A stretch of DNA of 64,000 bases from Yuukianura sp. NJ FZ-2021 (Eukaryota): assembly GCA_046563655.1 (NCBI GenBank), contig CM102286.1, forward strand, positions 14,756,001-14,820,000. The letters run 5' to 3'. A program made the translations under genes and the position numbers. Each line of letters opens with the position of its first letter. The stretch's first letter is position 1. Positions 37,201 to 48,789 of the stretch are shown here, one piece after another. Under the pieces are notes generated by a model that worked only from the letters and a program-made list of their open reading frames with translations, had not been told where the DNA came from and did not search any database.

Positions 37201-37706
37201 TTTAGTTGACCCAGAGGATACTTGAGGCCCATGCGAACGTGAAGGACTGCAATCTAGTGGAAGCCAAGATGAATTACATTAAAGCATGGCAGTCGCTGCC
37301 CGATTTCGGACTTTCTTTGTTTGTTGTAAAATTTAGTGGCGCCAAAAAAGAAGAACTTTTGGGTGTCACTTTTAATCGGATAATGCGGATGGAGCTGAAT
37401 AGCGGAGATCACATCAAGACGTGGCGATATAGTGCCATGAAGGTACGAAATTTCAAAAAATGACAAGGATTCAAAATGTTAATTTTCGAAATTTTGGTTT
37501 TTCAGGCGTGGAATGTAAATTGGGAAGTGAAGATGATGATGATTCAGTTGGACGATGAGAATATCGGTTTTAGTTGTTTGTCAGCTGACTGCAAAGTAGT
37601 TCACGAATTTATTGGTGGGTACATTTTCCTGTCACTTCGCTCCAAAGACTCCAGTCAAGTACTTAACGAAGAACTCTTCCATAAACTCACTGGAGGATGG
37701 TCATAA
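22249..37706 (+). CDS. Fit1: Kindlin / fermitin family FERM-PH integrin activator (unc-112-like)
   Basis: Exon 22249-22396 (DGSWELRV...[17 protein letters not shown]), ~12.2 kb intron, then 34647 onward ([10 protein letters not shown]), [17 protein letters not shown]-terminal [14 protein letters not shown]...[10 protein letters not shown]. Confidence 0.93.
35548..35810 (+). repeat. Two diverged direct copies of a short repeat in a kindlin intron
   Basis: GCGAGGCCCC...GCATTCT(A/G)G...CTATCTAAAAA at ~35548 and ~35722. Confidence 0.55.
36695..36780 (-). mobile_element. tRNA-derived SINE-like element in kindlin intron
   Basis: Reverse complement TAGCTCAAGGGTTAGAGTGCTTCCCGGATTGAAGAGACTTGGGTTCGAATCCCACTC, same family as 5845-5930. 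Confidence 0.65.
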
Positions 37707-38585
37707 ATTTTTAAAAATTTCAAAATTTTGAAATACAATTTCAAAATTCCCTCCAAATTGTCCTATTTCCCCACCACCTTGTGTGTTTTAACCTTAAAAG
37801 TTTTCGGGGAATGTCTAAAATGTACTTTGCACAAGCTTGCAATTGTCAAAAGAATTGATGCAAAAATGAAGTGCAATTGAACAAAACTTTTAAAAGAAAT
37901 TTAACAATTTTACAGAGTAGAATTTTTTGAAAAACGTGTTTTTAGAATACTGTAAAGCCTTTAGAAGAAGCTTTTCGCAAAACAAAGGAATTTGCATGTT
38001 TTAAACTAAAATATTTGGGCGGGAAGATTTCCAAAAACTATGAAAATGGAATCTTCAAGGAATCAGAGATGGTGCCATAACCCTGTACATAAAAATTATT
38101 TAGTTAACTGTTCTAAATTTAGACTATGTAAACTAATAATTAGTAAATTACAGGTAAGTTAAATTTAGACAGAAATTAGAATTAGCATTTAAAACTAACT
38201 GTTTCCTTCCATTTACCCCTGAGCTTAACAAAAGTCATTTTGCTCTCATTCTGTTTACTAATAAATTTTTTGATTGTTTTGAATATTAATTGTCTGAATT
38301 ATTACATTACATTAATTGTGGTACTTATATTAATTACATTAAAAAATTATATTTACCAAAGTAGGTCAGTTTTGAATTAGTTAACTTTAACATTATGTAT
38401 TGTGTTCTACTTTCTCTTGTTCTTCTGCCTAGTTTTTAAAAAAGTTTCATTTAAAATCATACAACTGCGTCAAAGTAGTTCATTGTAAAACTAAAATTTT
38501 GAACTTTAAAATTTTAACACAACTACGGAATACAAGTATTACAGTGACAATCGCGAATAAAAGGCATAAAATCTGTATCGTCCTA

Positions 38586-38785
38586 ACTTTTTCCAAAAGT
38601 CCTTCTGCAGAAACGTAGAAGGTGTGATGGCGTTTAAAAAAACAATATTTTGGAGAATTTCAATTTGTGATGAAAAAGGAAAATACATTTTTGGGAATTT
38701 GTTAGCCTAATCGTGACTTTTCCAAAAGTCCTCCTGAAGAAACTTAGAAGGTGTGATGGTGTTTAAAAAAAACAACATTTTGGAA
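38586..38785. repeat. ~70-bp direct repeat, two copies
   Basis: ACTTTTCCAAAAGTCC...AGAAGGTGTGATGG.GTTTAAAAAAACAA at ~38586 and ~38716. Confidence 0.65.
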
Positions 38786-39041
38786 TTTTTAAAATTTCTC
38801 ACAAATTAGGAATGGAAATTAGGCACTTGAATGTTTTAGCCTATTGAAATTGTAAGAGAAACTGGAGTTGGGCATTGGGATATTTTGTGTTTTCCTGATA
38901 TTCAAATTTTGAACTTGACCTCAGAGGTCACCAGATAAAATTTGGCAATGACTTTTTAGTCTTAAGCTCCATTCGAAGAAAAAGTCTAGGAAACAGTGAG
39001 GAAATAAAAAAAAGTTTCAGTTTTCAGATTTGTCAAAGAAA

Positions 39042-40782
39042 ATGTGTGAACCAGTTTCAAAAATTTGTGGAGATGAAAGTAGAATGGAAGTTTGTAGGCA
39101 ATTGTTTAGAAAAGCAGTGAGTGTAGTGCATCCTGCTAATTTAATTAGAAACCAAGTGACTGGAAGTGGATCCATTTTGAAGGTCAACCAACATCATGTC
39201 GTTGACCTCAGCAAGGTCACGGGGGTCAGAGTCGTCGGTAAGATTTTTAGCCACAAACAAAAAAAAAGTAAAAGTTCAACTTTTAATGAACGTTAAAAAC
39301 TTAAAAAACTTAAAATTTTTTAAAAACATTCAAATTTTTGCAAATTAACAAAAATTTTTAGGCTTTGGGAAAGCGGTGCTTCCAATGGCAGAAGAATTGG
39401 TCAAAATTTTGGGGCCGACAAATCAGCTGATGAGCTGCGTCCTCAGTGTTCCAATCGGGACACGTCACACATTTGACCCCAAAATTGGTAAAATCACACC
39501 CATTTACATAAATTTAACATTATAAATATTATATTATATGTAAATACTCATAAATATTATATTTTCATGTTAGTTAATTTATAATTTATTGTATTTCGTA
39601 GAGATTTTCCGTGGAGCCAAAAATAACATTCCAGATCGTCCCGCCTTTGAAGCAGCTTTGAAAATCACGGAATCCTTGACCTCTGCGAGTCCAAGTGACC
39701 TCGTCATTGTTCTAATTTCTGGCGGTGGCTCAGCTCTTCTGCCATTTCCAAAACCACCAGTGACACTCCAAGAAAAAAGTGACATCATCCGAGCACTCTC
39801 TCGCGCAGGCGCAGACATCCATGAACTCAACACAGTCAGAAGGAAACTGTCATTGGTCAAGGGCGGAGGACTTCTGAACTTCTGCTCATCCAATCAAATC
39901 GTTTCTCTTATCCTGTCGGATGTACTCGGAGACGATTTGGACATAATCGCCAGCGGACCAACTGTGATTGGTTCTTTATCGACCAATCACATCACTGCTC
40001 TTCAAGTCATACAGAAATACAATCTGTCAGATGTAGCACCCAATGTCTTAACATTGCTGCAGCAACCGACCAATCACGATCCAGAGAAAGACAGACTCAG
40101 CCAATCACGTGTGAGGAATATAATTTTAGGTAGCAATTCCCTGGCGCTGAAAGAAGCTTCAATCGCTGCTGCTGATTTGGCTTACTTTCCAGTCACTTTG
40201 ACCTCGACGCTGCAAGGTCAAGCAAGAGTCGTCGGAGGTCAAATCGCTGAACTATGTGATTCCATTGCACATGCGCTGAAAAGCGGTGATGCTGAAATCA
40301 TCGATGCAAATCTTAGACAAAAATTGCAGAATCTAGCAATTTCTATCGAAAGTGAAAAACTTTTGCTGGAAGGAATTGAACTCGTGGCTCAAAATCCGGA
40401 ATTGTACAAAGGGTTATGCCTTTTATTCGGTGGAGAGACTACTGTTCGTGTCACGGGGACTGGAATTGGCGGGAGAAATCAAGAACTAGCTTTATCAGCT
40501 GCCGTGACTTTTCATGACCTTGGGACAAGGTCAAGGTCACCGATTGTCTTGTGCAGTGGAGGTACAGATGGAATCGATGGACCTTGTGATGCTGCCGGAG
40601 CAATTGTGACCACAACGACAGTTGAAGAGGGACTGGAAAGTGGATTTAATGCAATTACATTTTTAGAAAATAACGATTCGTACAATTATTTTAAAAAAGT
40701 CAAAAGCGGCAAGTTTCATCTCATCACGGGCCACACGGAAACGAATGTCATGGACATTGTGATCTGCTTGATTCCAAATTAA
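39042..40782 (+). CDS. GLYCTK: Glycerate kinase (MOFRL family)
   Basis: Exons 39042-39237, 39362-39487 (GFGKAV), 39604-40782; LISGGGSAL, KGGGL, SDVLGDD...IASGPT, GGETTV, GGRNQE, GTDGIDG, TNVMD. Confidence 0.93.
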
Positions 40783-41253
40783 GAACCAATTCTGTCTAGA
40801 ATATAATTTTTTCGAATTTCAATACAAAAAGAAAAGTGAATCTCGACAATAAATTTTGGTGTTGACCGCTTGACTTTGACTTTAAAGAAAAATCTCACGA
40901 GTTTGTTTGAGTTTTCACACCGTTTAGTCAATTAATTAATTAACTAACATAACCTTTGAGATGACAGGTAGATTGATTATTAATTTGATTTGGAAATTTG
41001 ACATTTACACAATGACAGTATTTTCTCTTGTTTCATTTTTTTTAGTACAGGAAACGAAAAATTTCTTCTCAATTTAGAAACTTTTTCGAAAGTTATCTCA
41101 CACGTTTCTGAATTTGAATCAAATAAAATTAAGCATCGAGATCAAAGTCTCATTACACTTTTGCAATTACAACACACCAGAAACATTTCATAAGTTTTCA
41201 GAAATTTTTGATTTTTGATTGGTTACAACTTGAATTTTGAAAAAAGAAGAGTA

Positions 41254-41944
41254 ATGGCAAAAGTTAACATTGTTTTAAAATTTCTGATAACTTTTGGATT
41301 TTGCTGGAGCGTCAGTAAAGGAATTTTCTCTGTCCAAGGTAACTTTCACGAAAAACAAATACATCGTACGTTTTAAAATTTGCAAAAAATATTTTTTATT
41401 TGTTAAAAATGTTGGTTTTTGAAAATTTCTAGATTATTGTGACAAATTTGATAACTACAGTGTGAAGCCCATAATTTGCCTACTAAAAACGAATACCACT
41501 ACCACCACAGAAGGCCCACCAGAAGAAGATGAGTCTTGGGAAGAAGGCTGTTCCTGTGACGTCAGCTGTTTCCCCCACGATGACGTCATCATCCCCATTG
41601 ACCTTGACCCCATGAACATGTCCGAAGCCCCCAACCCCCTCGGGGGCAACTTGAGATGTCAACCTTGTGGTCGCCGTTGTCCAATCAACCCATTCCTGGT
41701 CAGTCGCTGCAACTGTGTAGCCATTGGTCGCTCAAATGTCGCCACGGGACCGAAATGTCGCTGCGCAGTCACCTGTGCAGCATCAGACACAAATAGTGAC
41801 CAAGATCCTTACTGCATTTACAATGTCACTAAAATTACTAAACTTCGCAACACTGGAACGCCTTACTCTTGTGATTGTGACCAAAGTCGAGCGGCGCAGA
41901 ACACTCCGTTTCCTGAATTCACCTGCATTTGTGAACCAAGCTAA
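41254..41944 (+). CDS. Secreted cysteine-rich protein of unknown function
   Basis: Signal-like exon 41254-41338 spliced in frame to 41433-41944; many Cys with repeated CxC motifs, Thr run and acidic patch. Confidence 0.65.
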
Positions 41945-42232
41945 ACTTTGAAAAATAAAACTCAACTAAAAAGTAAAAAAAATTCTCCGAAAAAACTTTT
42001 CTTTATGCTTCGACATTTTTTTAAACTTAATTTTCAAGTTAGAGATCACTTAAAACGAGTCATAAATGCTACAATTTTTGTAAAATAATTTATGGAGTTA
42101 GTTGTAGGAACACTATGATATTTTACATATTTAGGTTTTGTGATTAATTATAATTACATGAATTACTTAATTGCACGAATTACATAATTACATGAATTAC
42201 ATAATTATGAAATACTTTAAGTGAGCATAGAC

Positions 42233-44378
42233 TTAAGCATGGCCTGTCACAGTTTGGATAAAGTTTTTGTACTGTGAAGTTTTTACATAAACGCCCGGAA
42301 CGTCCCGCTGTCCGCATCCGACACCCCAACTCACAATGCCCGCTAATTGCCAAGTACCGTGAAACTCACAGACAAGAGGACCACCTTGTACAAAAAAAAA
42401 ATTTTTTTTCAATTTTTTTGAAAACTTGAAATTTTTCAAAAATTAAATTTTTCGACCTACCTCCATCTCCCTTGCACGAATCCTTGGCTTCTTCTCCGCC
42501 TGCACAGAGGAATCCTTGGTTTAAAACAAAATCAGGGCCGAGTCTTGTCCTTTTCAGTTTCTGTTCACAATCAAAGTGGCCTAATACTGGTAGGTCAACT
42601 TTTTTGAGCACATTTTGATACTTGCCGCCACTGCCGAAAGCATCTTTGCCCCACCCAGTCACCCAGCATCTCTGTCCAGTGAAATCCATGTTCTGTGAAG
42701 GTGTGCAAATCGGACTAATATGCGGACTGGTCCGAAAGTCCACAAAATCTGCAAATCTTAGAATCGCCACGTCGTTGATCAGATTCCCTCCGTAGTATTC
42801 TGGATGAATGTCAATTGATATAACTTGTTTCTCTACATGTGGATAAAATTCAGTGTCGTGATTCACATCCCATTCGCCCATGCGTACTTTCAAGTCCTGC
42901 GCAGCCAAACGCTTCACGCAGTGCGCAGCAGTGATCACATGACTCTGGTCGATCACTGCCCCACCGCAGACAAAAGTTCCATCTTGTTTTAAGATGGCCG
43001 TTTGCCATGGAAACTCTCCAAATTCAGTTTCTCCGTCTCCAATTACATTGTACTGCGATGTACCGGTGATGACTCGACCATTGATGCCGTTCGGTTGTCT
43101 CATTCCGCACTGACCGAATTGTGTCGGACGAGAGATCGGAGGAATTCGGGAATCGATTTCGGACGATGGAAATGCTTGTGGTTGGTCACAACAGACGTAA
43201 CCCCTGGGGCAAGATTGACCTTGACCTGCACCGTGACCGTTGTAGTTCAGTTGACGTGGAACGGCATCGCTTTGTGGTATAAGAGGAGCTTCACGTTTTG
43301 ATCGGCTTGATTCGGTAGTTGTCGTTTCGGTTTCAGTACCGTTGGATTCTATTTCACTGAATCCTAAGTTTCTCGGATCGATTCCGAATCCGACCAAACC
43401 GGAATTCGGTACTCCTGTTCCGGCAATTGCAGCTTGCGGTTGCGTTCCAAGGGCTGTTGTGTAGCACTGATCGGAAGGAATACATAAACAACCGGTTTGA
43501 GCAAAACCGGGAGAAACTGGACGATTTGAATTTTTAGCCGGCTGAAAAGAGCCAATTTCCTGGCCGTTCGGACTGGCGACAGAAACTGCCGGTTTTTGAG
43601 CTGCACCAAAGTAGCCATCGTCATATCCAATTGGATTCAAAGGCTGGTTATGATGAATATGGTGGTGGACGTGGGTAACTGGTGGCTTGACGCCACCAGG
43701 AATATATGGTGGGGCAATTGGACGATGGATGGGCCCCACCGGAGGAGATCCAAAAACTGGAGGAGGGCGTCCGAACCCACCAGAAACTGGTGCTCCACCA
43801 GGGAAAACGCCTGGGGCGGGTCCCGGTCCGGGACGGCCAAACGGTTTTTCGTATACGGCCCCACCAAATGGTTTTTCATATACGGCCCCACCAAACGGTT
43901 TTTCAAAGGCCCCACCAAATGGTTTTTCATATCCGGCCCCACCGAAGCCGGGACGATCAAATCCAGCTCCAATGGCTTTTCCTGGACGATGATGAAGCGG
44001 TTCGAGCGGTACGGCATGGATCGGACCGCCTACCGGTTTGATCGCAACAGGTTGTACCAGTTTGACCTCAGTCACTGGAATTTGACCTCCATGGTGACCT
44101 CCGATTGGTCCATCACAAAGTCCAAGACTACACAGCTTGTCACGAACAAAGTTTCTTCCTTCGACTTCACTTCCCTCAGCAACTTTTTCTTCAACAGAGG
44201 TCAACTGCCTGCCTGACCTCGGTTCGACTAAAGTCGTTCCGTTTTCGGCTGTTTCAGGAAATTCAAATGTCTCCTCCATGATGTTGTCTTCATGCTTTTC
44301 TTCTTCCGGAAAAAAACTGGCCCCAAAAGCTCCACTTACCACCAAATAAACTACAAAACCAAATATAAAAATTCTCAT
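42233..44378 (-). CDS. Clip-domain serine protease homologue (masquerade/PPAF-like)
   Basis: Signal peptide, Pro/Gly-rich repeats, split clip Cys, [12 protein letters not shown], catalytic Ser replaced by Gly (CKGDGGGPLVC across intron ~42387-42460). Confidence 0.9.
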
Positions 44379-45401
44379 TTTGAAAATGTTTCCAAAATTT
44401 TGAATTGTTGAAAATTTTAGTTTTAAACTTGAGGTGTCTATTCCTCTGACACGACTGATTTAAAATTTAGCTTCCAAAAGTCTTTTTATATAAATCCCAA
44501 AAGTGTTGTTCCTTTTTAGGCCACTTTTGGTGTAATTTTGTGAAGTTACGGTGCAATTTGGTGTGTAAGGACTTGGGATGTCCCTTGGAGTGTTAAGTAA
44601 TAAGAATTCCCTGCATTTAAGCAAGGTAAGGGATTCCCCAGGCCCAAAGTGAAAAGAATCTGAGGTTCCTTACATAAGTGGGGGTGGGGGTTGAGAATCT
44701 GGGGTAAGGGGGGGGGTACTTCAGTTAGTCATGAAAAATGACCATGTATTCCCTTGTTGCTTTGTTGTTGTTTACTTTTAGTCTGCAGATCATACTCCAA
44801 ATCTAACTTTAGGAATTGCCAAAGGTTACACCAACTATGGGATTCCCAGAAACTTAAAAGTTCCCTTCGAACTTTACGCGTAGACGAAAATAAACAAATA
44901 TTGTTGGGGTTTGAGCTAAGGTCAAAGAAAATGGACGTGAACTAGGACACGTACTTACATCCGGATCCGGAATACTAGTAAATAGTCAATTATTTTTTTT
45001 TTCCAAAATTGTTTAAACATATTTCCATTTGTCAGTTTGAAAACAGGAATTTTGAGGTTTTTGAGTTGATTTTTTGAAATTCTCAGCCGGATGTGCAAAC
45101 TTTTGCTTGATTTTAATTTATGTTAGGTCGTTGACTTAGGAAGAAATTTTTTTTTCTGAAAAAGGAGTCACCGTGGGAAGAAAAATTGACTGCGCATGAC
45201 ATCTTCGTTTCTACTTTTGTTTCATGCGTGACGATAAGGAAGAGGCCATTGACCTACTGCAGCAAATGCGCAATGCAAATGAAATAAAAAGTGTGAAAAT
45301 ATTTGTAGATGAAGAAATGTTGGAAGATTTTTATTCCAAAAAGTATTATTTTGAAGGAAAATTGTGAAAAGTTTGTAGATTATTTTTAAATTATGGGAAT
45401 C

Positions 45402-46220
45402 TCAGAGTTTCTTTTTGTTTTGATAGACTTCAAAACGGTACTTGAGTCCATTTTCCTCCTGAACTCCTTTCTGGACGGTGAGGTCATGCGTGAGGTCAAA
45501 GTTCACGAGAAGAGATCCAGGAAAATATGTATCACACTCGAATTTGGCAAAAACACGAGTCAAGTAAACACGGTCACAAAGTGGAGATTGGAGTCCGATC
45601 TAAAAAAAAAAATAATCTTAAAAACTTTCAGTTTAGTTTCAAAAATTAGTTGCGGTCCTACCACAAAGGTTTTATGTAAACGTTTTAATTTTTTGTTTTT
45701 TTCTTACTTTGTAGAGTTCGTGACCTCCGATGACCCAAACAGTCTCAAGCAAATTGTTTTCTTTCAAAATTTGGCAATGCGAAAGAGCTTCTTCCCAATT
45801 GGAACAAGTCAGCACTCCTGGTTCATCACTAAAACATAAAAACAAAATTTCAGAAAAACTGATTTTGCGAGAATTTTTTTTTTTAAAAACTTACACAACG
45901 GTGTGTTTGGAAAGCACAATGTTGAATCTGCCTTTGAAAGGACGCATAGACTTTGGATTTGAAAAATACGTTTTTCTTCCCATTATCACAGCATTCATTT
46001 TTCCACTTCCATGCACTTCAGTCGTCATTCGGTGAAAGTAGGCCAATTCATTTCTTAAAAAAGTTTCAAAAAATTTTTTCTGGAAATTATTTCTCAAAAA
46101 TCGTTTTTTAAAATTTTCCAAATTCGTGAGCTACTTGAGTTTCCAGGGAAGATCTCCTTGGAATCCAATTCCAAAATTTTCTTCAGTAGCGGCAATTAGG
46201 TTGAACCGAAGGGCGTCCAT
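45402..46220 (-). CDS. Dhfr: Dihydrofolate reductase
   Basis: Four exons: FNLIAA...[22 protein letters not shown]...[39 protein letters not shown]...[12 protein letters not shown]. Confidence 0.93.
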
Positions 46221-46819
46221 GGCTTCAAGGCTTCTTCAAAACTGAGTTCAAAAACTTTCGAAATTTCGAAAAAATGTAAAACAAGCCTTTTTAGAATAAC
46301 CCAAAAATCTAATTGTAGAAACACAAGGATAAGAACGTGAACTAAAATGGCTTGAGGCGAGATGAGTAATGGAAAAAAACCAAGAGGTTGAAGACGTTTA
46401 CAAAAATTAAGATTTACAACTTCAATTAAAATTAAGACGGAAGTGTGCCACAAGCAAAAAAAAGTTGCAAAACAACTACCTAACTTGATCGTGTGCTCCC
46501 AATTATTTTCGAAAAACAAAACAAGTTTTAGTGTCAAAGAAAAACTTTGACTCAAACGTGACTTTTTCCAAAAGTGAAATTTTTACTTTGCACTCGTTTC
46601 TGACCAAGGTCAACCTTGTTACTTGTTGGACTGATTAGATATAATTACTCACGCCACAAAACGTCACAAGGACAAGCATGTGACTCGGAGAAAACTCGTC
46701 CACAATGTATCATGTGTGTCAAGTTTCAAGGTCAGTTGACCTTTGATCTGCTTAAAAAAACATGGATATCTAAAAGCAAACTAAATCTTAGCTGTTAATT
46801 GTTCGATGACTCTTGATTA

Positions 46820-47820
46820 TTAACTGGAGGGGTCAGATGAACTTTCTGTTTGTCCAGTAACAGGCTGCTGACTTGCTAAGGAAGACAAGGAGTGGGACAA
46901 AGTCGTTTGGTTGGACATGAGGATTTGGCTGAGCTGGGTCACTGATTGCTGAAGTGTGTGACACAACTGAGCTCTCATAGTTTGGAGATCCAGTTTGGCA
47001 AGAGTTTCAATATCAGCTCGATGGAGTAGATGGTTTTCATAGACAAGACCAATGAGCAAATACTGCGGCATTTTCTTCAAACAGTGCAGTAGTTTGGGAA
47101 TATCCGCCTCTGAACAGAATCCTAGGGAAGTTCTGGACACAATCAACTGCAAAACGGGCTCGAACTTTGTACCGGTCAGAGCTTCTACTGCGACGGGTCT
47201 TGATGTTCTGTGGAACTCCAGCTTCATTTGGAAGTTGTTGTCGTACATTAATCCCAAAGCCTGGGAGAATCAATCATAAATTAAATATCGTAACTTCATC
47301 TTGAAATTGATAGTGATGATCTTACATGAAGATGCTCGTTTCCACTGACAGAGTTGGCATGAAATATGGCAGTCATCGGATGTTTATAGAAGTCTTCCCG
47401 CATAGTTCTTGCCAAAAATAAGGCATACTTGTTATCCTGAAATTGAAAATGGGAAAATTTGATCTTTAACGCGGTTTAATATTTGTGTAAGGCAAGATTT
47501 TTGCACCTTTATCGTTCTTTCTTGCTTAACGTCTGGCAGTAACTCTTTTTCGCAAATCTGTAGTCGCTCAGGGTAAATCGGTTTACAGGCGGCCTGGAAT
47601 CTTAACTTTTTAAAAAACTTTGTGGGCTCTTTTAAGCTTGGACGAGATCGGTATCTTAGCTGGGTCAGTGTCGGAGTCCAGCATGTCACCCTGCTCAAGG
47701 TCTCTGTAATATAGACGTTCATTGTTAACGTTAGCATGCAAATTATATCGCAATTTGCAATGAACTTAACTTACCACCGAATCCACCTAATCCTTTGAAC
47801 ATTGTTGAGATCGTCGCCAT
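46820..47820 (-). CDS. mRpL10: Mitochondrial ribosomal protein uL10m-like
   Basis: Transit-peptide-like N-terminus; ALTGTKFEPVLQL, KKMPQYLLIGLVYE, LQTMRAQLCHTLQ helical C-terminus. Confidence 0.7.
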
Positions 47821-48789
47821 GCCCAAGCCCCTGCTGGTGGTGAGTAAAACGTTGGAAAATTCCTTTTAGAAAATTTAGAAGTGATTAGTCGATTAATTAA
47901 TTGATTAAAATCATAAATATCAGCTGTTTATTTCTTGTTTACAAAAAATAAATAAAAATGATTCATGCTCAATGTTTTCGCGCCACTCAAATTAGAACCT
48001 TGCTTTTGTAAATGTTATTCATTTAATTAATTGTTTACTAAACTTTATAATTTATAAATGGTGATAAATTAGATAATTAGTTAGTTTTACTTTATTTCGA
48101 AACGTTAATTAAAGTTAAAAACTGCAATTAATTAAATTATAAAAATTAGGCCCATCTCGGTTGGAGGGTGACCATTTTCTAGTTTGTGTTGTGCGTAGCT
48201 TTTAGTGCAACCAGAAGATTTGTGATTATTTGGTTGAAGTGAGAATTAGGCATTAGGCAACCTACACAGATACGAGGCCTTATATTATAGCCGCTGCGAA
48301 ATTCATTGGTGGCTACAAAAGTTGGCAACACTTACGTCACAACATTTGTATTTGCGTTAATCTAAATCTAACTCCTAAATCTCCTGAAATGGCAACGTAA
48401 GTTGCAACACAGTGTAGCCAACAACCATTGCCTGATTGGCTAATGGCTACTCTGCGTAGTTACAATCCGGTTGCTCAACTTTACTGCAACGAAATATGTC
48501 AACAGGCGGCAGAATCCTGTGTTTAGAGGCGGCATCCCCTTTGAAGTTCCACTCTCACACGAGGTTTGCTTTTTACCTTACTCTTAACTCTTTGTTTACT
48601 AATTTCTATTGTCTTTAAGTTAACTATGGAGGTCAATGACCTTAACATGGACAGCACTTGAACAGGTCAAGCAGTATCTGACGACGGCCAGGTGAGGAGC
48701 AGTCATCATCATCCAAAATGAATTTTTCGGAGTAAAGAAAAGACTAAACTTCCTTACAAAGTCTTTTACAAAATTCTTTTACGGAAAGA

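Noticed and set aside
43002..44349. Plus-strand ORFs overlapping the SPH
   Set aside because: Antisense shadows of a GC-rich repetitive coding exon
45393..46035. Plus-strand 148-aa and 101-aa ORFs
   Set aside because: Antisense to DHFR exons, which explain the region
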